Position numbers and translations under genes: made by a program. The notes beneath the pieces were generated by a model. That model ran no database searches. It was not told the origin of the DNA and saw nothing but the letters and a program-made list of their open reading frames with translations. From positions 41,108,001-41,172,000 of the forward strand of contig CM059432.1 in assembly GCA_030390025.1 (NCBI GenBank): a stretch of 64,000 nucleotides of DNA. The letters run 5' to 3'. This DNA is from Squalus acanthias (lineage: Eukaryota). Positions 1-13,920 of the stretch are shown one piece after another (positions within the stretch are counted from its first letter, which is position 1; each line of letters starts with the position of its first letter).

Positions 1-1425
1 AGGTTTTGTTGTGTATCTGTGAACAAAGGAAGGAATATTTAGTGAACATTTTTTTTCTTAAGTGGTGTGCCTCTTTTAAATGATCCAATTGTATATATTA
101 TAGTACATTTTAAATGCCATTTTTCTGCCTTCCTCCAAAAAACTATTCTTACCCACATTTTTAAAAGCTTTGTTAAGTACGTTAACATTTCTGTTCATCC
201 ACTATTTGAGTGTCATGGTCTATAATTATTACAAGGATGCAATTATCATGGATTTTTTTCTATTGAAATGTCAGCAGATGGCAATATGGTGACATATCTA
301 ACTCGATCAGTATTCTGACTGTACCCTATATAGATTGGGTTTATAAATTAATCTTTCACAATCTCCTCCTGAGTAATGGTGGAACTTTACATATTAATTG
401 AAATATGCTTAAAGGTTGCACTGTGCTCTAGAAAGCCAGTCTTATAGCTGCATAAAATATGCTGTGGTATTTGAATTCAAATCCTAAAGAAAAGAACATT
501 TTAGTAGAACGGGTCTGACTATTTTTATAAGCTGTTGTGTGGGTTTCATGTATTTATGGTTTCAGATTTCAGGCTGGTTTTCTTTGTTGCCAAAAGATCT
601 GTCTTTCAACTTACTGTTGCATCGGAAATTTAGAATTAAAAAAGTAACTTTGACGAAGTGACTTCATTTATTTAAAAAAAAAAGTTAATCAATAATTTGG
701 TGCAGGCTGTAATGCGGCTGCTTATTTCAACTTATTGAGCACAGTACAAGCAAGCATGATCGAGGAAGTGAAGTTCCTTGATTGACATCAGAACTAGCAT
801 GGGGAATGCAAACAACACTAAAAGCTCCACAGCAGGATTACTGGGGCCCTGTCGGGGATCAGCGTACGGACTGCAGAATACTCGTGCATACTGTTGTTTC
901 ACAACAACAATAATTCTTTGTTCATAGTTTGATGTAAATTTTTCTGTTTCAAACATAAAATTAGGACCAAGTTTGTCTTTTAAGGTTGAAGCTGTAGTTT
1001 TTAACAGCTACGCTATGAGATTAAATATCAGGCTAATTTTGGTTATGTAGGTTTGTGTGCAATACAGCAAAATGATAGCTTTAGAACACCTGTACCTTTG
1101 CACAGGGATTCTGTTGCTAACGCTTTCAAAACCAGAAAAACAGATCAGATAACAACACAGCCCAGCATTTGATTGGTCTCAGCATCAGGGGCTTGCACAG
1201 TCTCATTTTAGTCTGGAGCCTTAAGTAGGTCAGGCCTAGCTTAGCCAGCCTGCAGATGATCAGCTGCAGATGATCTCTGGATGAAGTCAAGCTGAAAGGA
1301 ATTTCAATGAACCCTTCCTGATAGGCGTAGGCCTAAAAAGGCTGGCCTAGTTAAGCTTCAGCTTATAGTGCGAGTGTAGGCTTTGCAGTCAGTCTGAAGT
1401 TTGTGTGATGTGCTCTGTACAAAAT

Positions 1426-1808
1426 ATGTTAGGGAAAAAATCAAACCGATCTTCAAATTTTACCATATATGAAAAGATTGATTTGTTGAAACTTGTACGG
1501 CCTCACATCAAAGTCCTGGAGGTTCATAAGAATAATCAGGCTATAATAGTTGAAAAAAATCGTTGCTGGGAAACTATAGCACAGCAATACAATGCAGTTG
1601 GAGTGGATCGTCCGCCTCGTAGCGCACAGGCTTTGCGAACACTATATAAACGCATTAAAGAAAGTGCTAAACAAGAGATAGCCAGGAGGGAGCAGCTGCA
1701 TCCAGACTATAAAGGAAACGTCTCTGAGCCAACCAGAAGAATTCTAGAAATGATTCCTCACATTTTCCAACCACTTTTGAAGGTGATAGACAGCGACAAC
1801 TTACAACG
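1426..1808 (+). CDS. FSBP: FSBP coding exon 1: Myb/SANT-like DNA-binding domain
   Basis: [32 protein letters not shown]...[44 protein letters not shown]...[12 protein letters not shown] closely matches the recalled N-terminus of human FSBP ([32 protein letters not shown]...[26 protein letters not shown]). It ends at a phase-2 donor CG|GTAAGA at 1809. An in-frame upstream ATG at 1408 is possible. Confidence 0.93.
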
Positions 1809-2014
1809 GTAAGATTCTCATTTTACTGACTATAAAAAAAATATGTTTTAATTAGTCCCTTTACATGAGGCTTGTATACAGAACTCATTATTACAATGGC
1901 CACTTCATCCATGTCTCTGAAACTGGGAAGATATGATCACACATGACTGAAGTTTTGGTGAGATGACCAACATGAGGAAATGATTCAAGTTCTAACTTCA
2001 GGCCTTCGATTTCA

Positions 2015-2225
2015 GTTAGTCAAGTGGTGAGAATGTGGAACTCGCTGCCACATGGAATGGTTGAAGCAGATAGCACTGAAGCATTTAATGAAAGGCTTGA
2101 TGTATACATGAGGGAAAGGTGGGAAGGTGTAATTAGAGTAGGAGGAGGCCCATGTAGAGTATAAACACTGGCATAGATCAGTTGTGCTGAATGGCCTGTT
2201 TCGATGCATTGATCTTTCCAATGTT
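2015..2225 (+). mobile_element. CR1 LINE 3' end fragment
   Basis: GTGGTGAGAATGTGGAACTCGCTGCC... matches the 3' end of the CR1 copy at about 15690-15900. Confidence 0.7.
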
Positions 2226-2234
2226 TAATTGGAG

Positions 2235-3330
2235 GAAATTGTGACAACACAGAGGCAGTGAAGGGGTCAACAGAGGTGGTGGTGAGGAAGAGCTGGGAGT
2301 CGTCACCATACATATGGAATTTAATGTCATGCCTTCGGATCATGTCGCCGAGGGGCAGCATGCATATGAGAAATAGGAGGCCAGGGGAGATCCTTGGGGT
2401 ATTCCAGAGGTAGTGGTGATCGGGTGGGAAGAGAAGCCATTGCAGGAGATTTTGTGGCTACGACTAGATAAGTAAGAGTAGAACCAGGCAAGGGCAGTCC
2501 CACTCAGTTGGGCAATGGAGGAGAGGTGCTGAAGGAGGATGGCATGATCAACAGTGTCAAAGGCTGCAGAGAGGTCAAGAATGAAGAGAAGGATTGTGCA
2601 CTGTGGCTGCAGTCACAGAGGATGTCAGGGCCATTTCAGGGTTCTGGCAGGGGTGTAAACCTGATTGGAGAGGTTCAAACATGGAGTTGCTGGAAAGATC
2701 GTTGTGGATTTGGGAGGCGACAACACATTCATGGACATTGGAGAGGAAAGGGAGATTGGAGATGGGGCGGTACTTTGCAAGGACAGAGGGCTCAAGGGTG
2801 ATGACAGCAGGTTTGAAAGGGAGAGGGAACTGAGGTAGCATAGCAGCCAGGAAGAGAAGTTGGGTGGTCAGTATTTTAGTGGGAATAGGATCAAGCAGGA
2901 GGTGGGTCTCATTTACAAGATGAGCTAGGAGAGTGCATATGGGGAGATAGGAGAGAAACTGGAGAATGATGTGGGTTTGGGGCTAGGGCAGGAGGAAGCT
3001 TTGGGGGAAACATGGCTTGGTGGGCAAGGGGAGAGATGGGTTGTGGCAGAGGCAGCTCAACAGATTGTATCAATCTTGGTGATAAAGAAGTTCATGAGCT
3101 CCCCGCACTTGTTGGAGGTAAGGGAGAGGGGTTTAAGGAGACGGTTGGTACTGGAGAAAAGAAGCTGGGGGTTTTATTTGCATTCCAGGATGATTCTGGA
3201 GTAGTGAGCAGATTTTTCAGAAGAGAACGGGGCCCGATAGTGCTTGATGTAGTCCAGCCAGATCTGGCTAAACCATGTATGTTCCTAGTCTGCTCCCCTT
3301 GGACTTGAGGGAGCAATGATGCCAGGTATC
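2235..3330 (-). mobile_element. Degraded L2-clade LINE ORF2 fragments
   Basis: Minus-strand peptides YRPISNLPFLS and LPLGDMIRRHDIKFHMYGDDSQLFL are L2-type RT motifs. Confidence 0.8.
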
Positions 3331-3549
3331 AAGGGAAACAACCAGGATGGAAGAGAGTAAGAGTTTTACTGGAGACAAGGGTATCAAAGGCAGAGGTGAG
3401 GGAGTGATGAGCAGAGCGACACAGACCTTGGGTGTAGGCTACAAAATCTTTGAGCAGCAAGGAGATTCCAGTAGCTGCCAGAGGGGAAGTTTATCAGAAG
3501 AGAACCAAAATAATTATAATGGACGAAACAATTTTTAGATGGGAAGATA

Positions 3550-5330
3550 TCATAGAATGATTCAGCACTGAAGGAGGCCATTTGGCCCATTGTGCCTGTA
3601 CTGGCTCTTGGTAGAGCTATCCAAATAATCCCACTCCCCTGCTCTTTCCCCATAGCCTTGTACATTTTTTCCCTTCAAGTATTTATCCAATTCTCTTTCG
3701 AATGTTGCTATTAAATCTGCTTCCACCGCCCTTTCAGGTAGTGCATTCCAGATCACGACAACTCACTGTTTTTAAAAGAAAAAGCTTCCTCATATCGCCT
3801 CTGGTTCTTTTGCCAGTCACCTTAAATCTGTGTCCTCTGGTCACTGACCCTTCTGCCACTGGAAGCTGTTTCTCCTTGTTTACTCTATCAAAACCATTCA
3901 TGATTTTGAACACCTCTATCAAATCTCCTCTTAACCTACTCTGCTCTAAGGAGAACAACGCCAGTTTCTCCAGTCTCTCCACATAACTGAAGTCCCTCAT
4001 CCCTGGCACCATTCTAGTCAATCTCTTCTGCACCCTCTCCAAGAACAGAATACTCTAGCTGAGGCCTAACCAGTGTTTTATAAAGGTTGAGTGTAACTTC
4101 CTTGCTTTTGTACTCTTCCTCTATTAATGAAGCCAGTCATCCCATATGCTTTTTTAACAGCCTTCTCACTTGTCCTGCCACCTTCAAAGATTTGTCTACA
4201 TACACCCCCAGGTCTCTGTTCCTGCACCCTATTTAAAATTGCATTATTTAATTCATATTGCCTCTCCTCATTCTTCATATACTTCTCAGGGTTAAATTTA
4301 AGCTGCCATGTGTCTGCCCATTTTACCAGTCTGTCTATGTCCTCTGAAGTCTGTTACTATCCTCCTCATTGTTTACTACATTTCCAAGTTTCGTATCATC
4401 TGCAAACTTTTAAATTATGCCCTGTAGACCCAAGTGCAGGTCATTACAACAGTGACTACACTCCAAAAGTACTTAATTGGCTGTAAAGTGCTTTGAGATG
4501 TCCAGTGGTCGTGAAAGGCGCTATATAAATGCAATTCTTTCTCTCTCTCTCGCTCTTTTTCTTTCTTTCTTTTTCTTTCTTTCTCTCTTTTGTGTGTGTA
4601 TATAATATATATTATCTCATTCACCACTACTTTCTGCCCCTTAGCCAATTTTGTATCCATGTTGCCACTGTCCCTTTAATCCCATGGGCTTTCATTTTGC
4701 TAACGAGTCTATTATGTGGTACTTTGTCAAACGCCTTTTGAAAGTCCATATACTCACCATCAACCCTCTCCATTACTTCATCAAAGAACTCTAAACAAGT
4801 TAGTGAAACACGATTTGTCTTTAACAAATCCATGCTGACTTTCATTTATTAGCCCATACTTTTTCCAAATGCCAATTAGTTTTGTCCCAGATGTTGTCTC
4901 CAAAAGTTTCCTCACCACCAATGTTAGGCTGCCTGGCTTATTCCTCTCCTCTTCAACAGGGGTTTAATATTTTGTAATCCTCCAGTCCTCTGGCACCACC
5001 CCATATCCAAGGAGGATTGGAAGATTGTGGCCAGAGCCTCTGCAATTTCCACCCTTCCTTCCCTCAGTAAGCTAGGATGTATCCAATCCGGACCAGGTGA
5101 CTTTTCTACTTTGAGCACTGCCAACCTTTTAAGTACGTCCTCTTTATCTATTTTTATCCTATCCAATATCGCTACTGTCTCCTCCTTTTAGTACTGCGTT
5201 GGTAGCATCCTATTTAGTGAAGAGAGATGCAAAGTACGCATTCAGTACCTCAGCCATGCCCTCTGCCTCCACAACAATATCTCCTTTTTGTTCTATAATC
5301 AGGACCCACCCTTCCTTTGACTACCCTTTT
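3550..5330 (-). mobile_element. CR1 LINE RT and 3' end, degraded, with a SINE tail inserted at about 4442-4610
   Basis: Peptides [39 protein letters not shown] and IWNALPE on the minus strand. Confidence 0.9.
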
Positions 5331-5332
5331 AC

Positions 5333-7757
5333 ATGGGAATATGATGTTGTGGCAATAACTGAGACCTGGCTCAAAAAAGGGCAGGATTGGGTATTAAATA
5401 TTCCTGGTTATAAGGTGTTCAGAAAAGATAGGGAAGGAAAGATAGGAGGTGGTGTGGCAGTATTGGTTAAGGAGAATGTAACAGTGCTGGAGAAGGAGGA
5501 TGTCCTGGAAGGATCAAGGACAGAATCTATATGGCTAGAGTTAAGAAATAATAGAGGTGCCATTACACTACTAGGTGTATTCTATAGACCATCAAACAGT
5601 GGGATAGATATGGAGGAGCAACTTTGCAGAGCAATTACAGAGACGTGCAAGAAATATAGAGTAGTAGTAATGGGGGACTTCAACTATCCTAATATAGACT
5701 GGGATTGGAATAGTGTAAAGGGCAGAGAAGGGGAAGAATTTGTGAAGTGTGTGTTCAGGAGAACTTTCTTGATCAGTATGTTTCCGGCCCGACGACGGCG
5801 GAGGCATTGCTAGATCTGGTTCTGGGGAATGAGATAGGTCAAGTGGAGCAGGTGTCAGTAGTGAACATTTAGGGAACAGTGATCATAATATCATAAGGTT
5901 TAGATTAGCTATGGAAAAGGACAGGGAGCAATCTAGAGCAAGAAGGCCAATTTCAGTGGGATGAGAATGGATCTGGCTCGGGTAAACTGGAATCAAAGAT
6001 TGGCAGGCAAAACTGTAGTGGAACGATGGGCTGCCTTTAAAGAGGAAATAGTTCTGGTGCAGTCGAGGTACATTCCCACATGGGGGAAAGGTAGGGCCAT
6101 TAAAGTCAGAGCTCCCTGGATGACGAAACAGATAGCCAATATGATGAAGCAGAAAAAGAGTGCGTATGACAGATGTTAGCTTGCAAATACATCTGAGAAT
6201 CAAGCAATAGAAAAGTCAGAGGAGAAGTGAAAAAGAAAATAAGAGGGGCAAAGAGAGGGTCTGAGAATAGAATGGCAGTCAACACAAAAGGTAATCCAAA
6301 AGTCGTCTCTAGGCATATAAATAGTAAAAGGCTAGTAAGAGGAGGGGTGGAGCCAATTAGGGACCAAAAAGGAGACCTATGCATGGAGGCTGAGGTACTA
6401 AATAAGAACTTTGCATCTGTCTTCACCAAGGAAGAGGATGCTGCCATAGACACAGTGAAGGAGGAGGTAGTGGAGACACTTGATAGGATAAAAATTCATA
6501 AAGAGGAGGTATTAGAAAGGCTGACTGTACTTAAAGTAGATAAGTCACCAGGAGCAGATGGGATGCATCCTAGACTGCTGAGGGAATTGAGGGCGGAAAT
6601 CGCGGAGGTACTGGCCATAATATTCCAATCCTGGGTGGTGCCAGAGGACTGGAGAATTGCAAATATTACACCATTGTTTAAAAAAGGGTGTAAAGATAAA
6701 CCCAGCAACTACAGGCTAGTCAGTTTAACCCTGATAGTGGGGAAGCTTTTAGAAACGGTAATCAGAGACAAAACTACCAGTCACTTGTATAGTTGTGGAT
6801 TATTTAAGGAAAGCCAGCACGGATTTGTTAACGGCAAATCGTGTTTAACCAACTTGATCAAGTTTCTTGATGAGGTAACTGAGAGGGTTGATGAGGGTAA
6901 TGCGGTTGATGTAGTGTACATGGATTTCCAAAAGGTGTTTGACAAAGTGCCACATAATAGGCTCGCCAGCAAAGTTGAAGCCCATGGAATAAAAGGGACA
7001 GTGGCAGCATGGTTGCGAAATTGGCTAAGTGACAGGAAACAGCGAGTAGTGGTGAACGGTTGTTTTTCGGACTGGAGGAAGGTATACAGTGGTGTTCCCC
7101 AGGGGTCGGTTCTAGGACCACTGCTTTTCTTGATATATATTAATGACTTGGATGTGGGTGTACAGGGCACAATTTCAAAATTTGCAGATGACACAAAACT
7201 TGGAAGTATAGTGAACAGTGAGGAGGATAGTGATAAACTTCAGGAAGACATAAACAGGCTGGTGAAATGGGTGAACACCTGGCAGCTGAAATTTAACACA
7301 GAAATTTGTGAAGTGATACATTTTGGTAGAAAGATTGAGGAGAGGACGTATGAACTAAATGACACAATCCTAAAGGGGGTGCACAAATAGAGAGACCTGG
7401 GGGTATATGTGCACAAATCGTTGAAGGTAGCAGGCAGGTTGAGAAAGCAGTTAAAAAGACTTATGGGATCCTGGGCTTCATAAATAGGGGTATAGAGTAC
7501 AAAAGTGTGGAAATTATGATGAACCTTTATAAAATACTGGTTCAGCCACAACTGGAGTACTGTGTCCAATTCTGGGCACCACACGTTAGGAAGGATGTGA
7601 AGGCCTTTGAGAGGGTGCAGAAAAGATTTACGAGAATGATTCCAGGGATGAGGGACTTCAGTTACGTTGATAGACTGGAGAAGCTAGGGTTGTTCTCTCT
7701 TGGAGTAGAGAAGATTGAGAGGAGATTTGATAGAGGTGTTCAAAATCATGAGGGGCG
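5333..7757 (+). mobile_element. CR1 LINE ORF2 (APE endonuclease plus RT), frameshifted
   Basis: DVVAITETWL and MGDFNYP (endonuclease); [11 protein letters not shown] and KFADDTKL (RT). Confidence 0.93.
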
Positions 7758-10757
7758 TAAAAGTTTTTCCTCACATTCCCCCTGTATCTCTTGCCCAAAA
7801 CCTTAAATCTGTGTCCCCGAGTTCATGTACCATCAACTAGTGGGAACAGCCTTTCTCCATCTAGCCTATCCAAACCCATCATAATCTTGTACACCTCTAT
7901 CAAATCACCCCTCAACTTCCTTAGCTACAAGGACAGGTTGGAGAAGCTGGATTTGTTTTCATTAGAGCAAAGATCCCCCATCCCCAGAACCATTCTGGTA
8001 AATCTCCTCTGCACCCTCTCAAGAGCCTTCACATCCTTCCTAAAGTCTGGTGACCAGAACTGGACGCAATACTCCAGTTGTGGCCTAACCAGCGCTTTAT
8101 AAAGGTTCAGCATAACTTCTCTACTTTTGTACTCAATACCTCTATTTATGAAGCCCAAGATCCCATATGCTTTGTTAATCACTCTCTCAATATGTCCTGC
8201 CACCTTCAGGGACCTATGCACATTAACTCCCAGGTCCCTCTGTCCCTGCACACCCTTTAAAACTGTGTCGTTAAGTGTATATTGCCTCTTCCTGTTCCTT
8301 CTGCCAAAATGCATCACCTCGCACTTCTTCTATATTAAATTCCATCTGCCACTTGTCTGCCCATTCTGCTAGCCTTTCTATGTCCTGTTGTAGTCGATTG
8401 GTATCATCATCACTGTTTGCCCCCCCCCCCCCCCCCCCCCCAAAGTTTGGTGTCATCGGCAAATGTAGAAATTCTACTCTGTATTCCAATATCCAGGTCA
8501 GTGGCCCCAGCACTGACCCTTGGGGAATACCATTCTCCAGTCTGAAAAACAGCCATTTACCACAACTCGCTGCTTTCTGTCCTTAAGCCAATTCCTTATC
8601 CAAGCTGCCACTGACCCACCTATTCCATGAGCCTCAATTTTGTTAACCAGCCTTCTATGTTGTACTTTGTCAAACGCCTTCCTAAAATCCATGTAGACAA
8701 CATCCATTGCATTCCCTTCATCAACCCTCTCCGTTACTTCATCAAAAAATTCAATTAGATTAGTCAAACACGATCTGCCTTTTACAAATCTATGTTGGCT
8801 CTCCTTAATTAGCTTAAACCTCTCCAAGTGCCCATTAATTTTTTCCTTGATTATTGTTTCTAAAACTTTCCCCACCACTGATGTTAAACTGACCAGCCTG
8901 TAGTTACTAGGATTGTCCTTATACCCTTTCTTGAACAATGGTGTCACATTTGCCACTTTCCAATCCTCAGGCACCTCCCCCGCATCTAGGGAAGATTGGA
9001 AAATTATGGCAAGCCCTTCCACTATCTCCTCCCCCAATTCCCTTAACAAGCTGGAATGCAAGCCTTCTGGACCAGGCGACTTATCCACTCTAAGCATACA
9101 CAGCCTTTCTAGTACATCCTGTCTCAATTTTCACCCCTTCCATTGCTTCTACCTTTTCCACTTCTACCGATATTTTGTCAACATCCACCTCCTTAGTAAA
9201 CACTGATACAAAGTACTCATTGAGTATTCTAGCCTTACCCTGTGCCTCTAAGCATATATCACCTTCTTTGATTCTTAATAGGCCCCACCCCGCCTCTTAC
9301 TACCCGCTTACTGTTTACATGCCGGTAGAAGATTTTTGGGTTCCCTTTTATGTTAGCTGCCATTCTACTCATATTCTCTCTTTGCCAATCTTATTTTCAT
9401 CTTCACATCCCCTCTCAACTTATTGTATTTGGTCTGGTTCTCCCTTGAAGAATTCACTTGACATGCATCATACACCCTCTTTTTTGTTTCATCATCTTCT
9501 CTATCTCCCTCGTCATCCAAGGAGCCCTTGCTTTGGTTCCCTTACCCTTCCCTCTTGTTGGAATGTACCTAGCCTGTACTTGGAACATCTCCTCCTTAAA
9601 GATCACCCATTGCTCCGTTACAGTTTTTCCTGTCAGTCTTTGGTTCCATTTTACCCTGGCTAGATCCTTTTGCATCCCATTGAAGTTAGCCCTATTCCAG
9701 TATAGAAGTTCCACTCTAGATTGTTCCTTGCTCCTCTCCATTGCTAATCTAAATCTTATGATACGATGATCACTCGTACCCAAGTGTTCTCCCACAGACA
9801 CTTGGTCGACCTGGCCCACCTCATTCCTCAGCACCAGATCCAGCAATGCCTCCTTCCTAGTTGGGCCAAGAACATATTGGTCACGGAAATTCTCCTGAAC
9901 GCATTTCAGAAATTCCTCCCCCTCCTTTCCCTTTACCCTAGCATTATTCCAATCGATATTTGGGTAATTAAAGTCCCCCAATATCACCACTCTATAGCTC
10001 TTGCATATCTCTGCGATTTCCCTGCAGATTTGCTCCTCTATCTTCCTCTCACTATTTGGAGGCCTATAGAATACCCCCAATAGTGTGATCATACCCTTTT
10101 TGCTCCTCAACTCTAACCAAATGGATTCTGTCCTTGTCCCCTCAAGAATATCCTCCCTTTCCAACACTACAATGTCTTCCTTAATCACACTGCCACCCCA
10201 CCTCCCTTTTTTCCTTCCCTATCTTTTCTGTACACCTTGTACCCTTGAACATAAAGTGCCCAGTCCTCACCGTTTTTTAAGCCACGTTTCCGTTATTGCC
10301 ACAATATCCTATTGCCACACAGCTAATTGTGCTTTTAGCTCACCAACCTTATTCACCACACTTCGTGCGTTTACGTACATGCATTCTAAACCCATTTTTG
10401 AATTTTTCATAGTCTTTCTTGCTCTTCTCCTATCTAATGTGGTACTACTTCCGCCTCTAGTACTACTATCTTCTCTAGTACTATCCAACACACTCATTCC
10501 TTTATGCACCTTCTTCCTCTGCTCCTATATGCTGGTGCCCATCCTCCTGCCAACCTAGTTTAAACCCTCCCAACAGCACTAGCAAACCTCCCTGTGAGAA
10601 TATTGGTCCCGGCTCTGTTGAGGTGTAACCCGTCCGGCATGTACAGGTCCCACCTTCCCCAGAAATGGTCTCAATGCCTCAGGAATCTAAAGCCCTCCCT
10701 CCTGCACCATCTCTCTAGCCACGTATTCATCTGTTCTATCCTCTTATTCCTGTATTC
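7758..10757 (-). mobile_element. CR1 LINE: ORF1 tail plus degraded ORF2
   Basis: ORFs 10309-10509, 9454-10188 (LGDFNYP, LDLVL, SDH), 8498-9127 and 7925-8317 carry EN/RT motifs; probable ORF1 tail at about 10560-10750. Confidence 0.92.
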
Positions 10758-12590
10758 AATTACTATTTCTAAAAGCTTCCCCAGTACCAAGGTTAAACTG
10801 ACTGGCCTGTAGTTGCTCGGTTTATCTTTAACCCTTTTTTCAACAATGGCATAACATTTGCAATTCTCCAGTCCTCTGGCACCACCCCCGTATCTAAGGA
10901 GGATTGGAATATTATGGCCAGTACCTCCGCGATTTCCTCCCTCAATTCCCTCAGCATCCTAGGATGCATCCCATCTGCTCCTGGTGACTTATCTACTTTA
11001 AGTACAGCCAGCCTTTCTAATACCTCCTCGTTATCAATGTTTATCCGATCAAGTATCTCCACTACCTCCTCCTTCATTGTCTATGGCAGTATCCTCTTCC
11101 CTGGTAAAGACAGATGCAAAGTACTCGTTTAGTACCTCAGCTATACCCTCTGCCTCCATGCATAGGTCTCCTTTTTGGCCCTAATTGGCCGTACCCCTCC
11201 TCTTACTAGCCTTTTACTATTTATATGCCTAGAGAAGACTTTTGGATTACCTTTTATGTTGGCTGCCATTCTATTCTCATACCCTCTCTTTGCCCCTCTT
11301 ATTTTCTTTGTCACTTCTCCTTCGACAATAGAGCCTGATTCTCAGATGTATTTGCAACCTGACATCTGCCATACTTGCTCTTTTTCTGCTTCATCATATT
11401 CTCTATCTCTTTCGTCATCCAGGGAGCCCTGACTTTAGTTGCCCTGTCTTTCCCCCACGTCGGAATGTACCTCAACTGTACCTGAACTATTTCCACTTTA
11501 AAGGCAGCCCATTGTTCAATTACAGTTTTTCCTGCCAGTCTTTGATTCCAGTTTACCTGGGCCAGATCCGTTCTCATCCCACTGAAATTGGCCTTCCCCC
11601 AGTTAAACATTCTTGCTCTAGATTGCTCCCTGTCCTTTTCCATAGCTAATCTAAACCTTATGATACTATGATCACTGTTCCCTAAATGTTCACCTACTGA
11701 CACTTGCTCCACTTGACCTACCTCATTCCCCAGAACCAGATCCAGCAATGGCTCCTCCCTCACCGGGCCAGAAACATACTGATCAAGAAAGTTCTCCTGA
11801 ACACACTTCAGAAATTTTTCCCCTTTACTACCCTTTACACTATTATGATCCCAGTCTATATTAGGATAGTTGAAGTCCCCCATCATTACTACGCTATATT
11901 TCTTGCACGTCTCTGTAATTTTTCTGCAAACTTGCTCCTCCATATCTTTCCCACTATTTGGTGGTCTATAGAATACACCTAGTAGTGTAATGGCACCTCT
12001 ATTATTTCTTAACTCTAGCCATATAGAGTCTGTCCTTGACCCCTCCAGGACATCCTCCTTCTCCAGCACTGTTACATTCTCCTTAACCAATACTGCCACA
12101 CCACCTCCTATCTTTTCTGAACACCTTATAACCAGGAATATTTAATACCCAATCCTGCCCTTTTTTGAGCCAGGTCTCCATTATTGCCACAACATCATAT
12201 TCCCTGTATTCTCTCTTGGTTTGACACCCCTACTACCTTACTATTTATTACTTTAGTGCTCTCTGCCGCTCCCAATCCTTTGAGCACTTTATTTCCCCTT
12301 TCTAATGTTACATCCTGGTGCCCATCCCCCTGCCAAGTTAGTTTAAACCCTCCCCAACAGCACTAGCAAACCTTCCTGCAAGTATATTGGTACCAGCCCT
12401 GTTGAGGTGCAACCCGTCTAGCCTGTACAGGTCCCACCTCCCCCAATGCCCCAGGAATCTAAAGTCCTCCCTCCTGCACCATCTCTCCAGCCACGCATTC
12501 AACTGTGCTATCCTCCTATTTCTATACTTACTAGCGCGTGGCACCGGGAGTAATCCGGAGATTACTACCTTTTGAGGTCCTGCTCTTTAT
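10758..12590 (-). mobile_element. CR1 LINE fragment (ORF1 esterase tail, endonuclease, start of RT)
   Basis: RLDGLHLNRAGTNILAGRF (SGNH-like ORF1 end); endonuclease ORF 11311-12099; KSPGADGMHP. Confidence 0.9.
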
Positions 12591-13588
12591 CCAATTCCTT
12601 TTTTGAAAGCCACGATTAAATCTGCATCCACCACCCTTTCAGGCAGTTCATTCTCTGGATTATTGCCCGAGCCACGTGCAAATTTGCATAGAAGCACACA
12701 GATCAGGAGAATTAACACGTGTCTAAAGGGCTGGTGTGGGAAAGAGGGGTTCCTTTTCATGTGACACTGGTACCAGTTCTGGGACAGGAAGGAGCTGTAC
12801 CGATGGGATGGGCTCCACCTGAACCAGGATAGGACCTGTGTCCGAGTGGAAAGGGTAAATAGGGAGGTGGCAAAGGCTTTAAACTAGTAAGATGGGGGGA
12901 GGGATCTACAAGAAACATAACATGCTAAATCTAAACAGAACAGGAAAAGAGAGCATAGGAAAGAATAAAATAAGCGAAGATATTGATGGCAAGGGAATAA
13001 ATAGAGTTACAGAACAGGAGCCTAAAAAGATGGTTAAACATAAAGTGAGAGGAAATCCTATTTAAAAATTAGTTAAACTGTCTGTACAGCAATACACAGT
13101 GTCCGTAATAAAACCCGGGAGCTGGAGGCAATCATGCGTTGCGAGGAACCAGACATAGTACGGATTACTGAGACATGGCTACTGAAAAATCAGGACTGGG
13201 AATTAAACATTACAGGGTATAATATATTTAGAAAAGATAGAGGGGGAAAAAGGGGAGGTGGAGTAGCTGTACTTATTAGGGATAACATAATGGCAGTAGA
13301 AAAAAGTGACGCAGCTATCAGCAAAACAAAAATAGAATCCATATGGATAGAGATAAAAGATAATAAAGGATCAATCACACTAATAGGCGTAGTCTACAGA
13401 CCACCTAATAGTGGAAGGGAGGTGGAGGAAGAAATATGCAGACAAATTAGGGAAATAAGTAAAAACCATAAAATAGTAATCATGGGGGATTTCAGCTACC
13501 CCGATATTAATTGGACAGAAGAGGTAGGTAAAGGGGATAAGGGAATGGAGTTCCTACAATGTGTACAGGACTCCTTTCTAACCCAATA

Positions 13589-13920
13589 CAGGAAACTTTC
13601 GTTTATCCGGCACCGACGGGACCGGCGTGGTGCCGGTTGATCGAAAGTGCCGGATGACAGAGAGGTATACTTACCAAGGTACGAGAGCCCCGTACACGGC
13701 CACAGGCTGAACAATTGGGACCCGGAGAGGGAAGGTAAACGAGACTCCGGCTTTTTCCTCCGTGGCGGCGACAGGTCGGAGTCGGAAGAACGTTGACCCC
13801 CCTTTCGTGGGGGCGAAAGGTCAGAATCGGGGTCTTGTCTGGATAATAAAACTTACCTGATTTTTGCCGGTTAAGCGAGAATTCCGGATATTAGGGTGCC
13901 GGATAAACGAAAGTTTCCTG
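13589..13920. mobile_element. Non-autonomous Tc1/mariner-pogo (Tigger-type) MITE, 332 bp
   Basis: Perfect 26-bp TIRs CAGGAAACTTTCGTTTATCCGGCACC; TA duplication at 13587-88 and 13921-22. Removing it restores the CR1 endonuclease frame (FLTQY|VKSPTRE). Confidence 0.92.
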
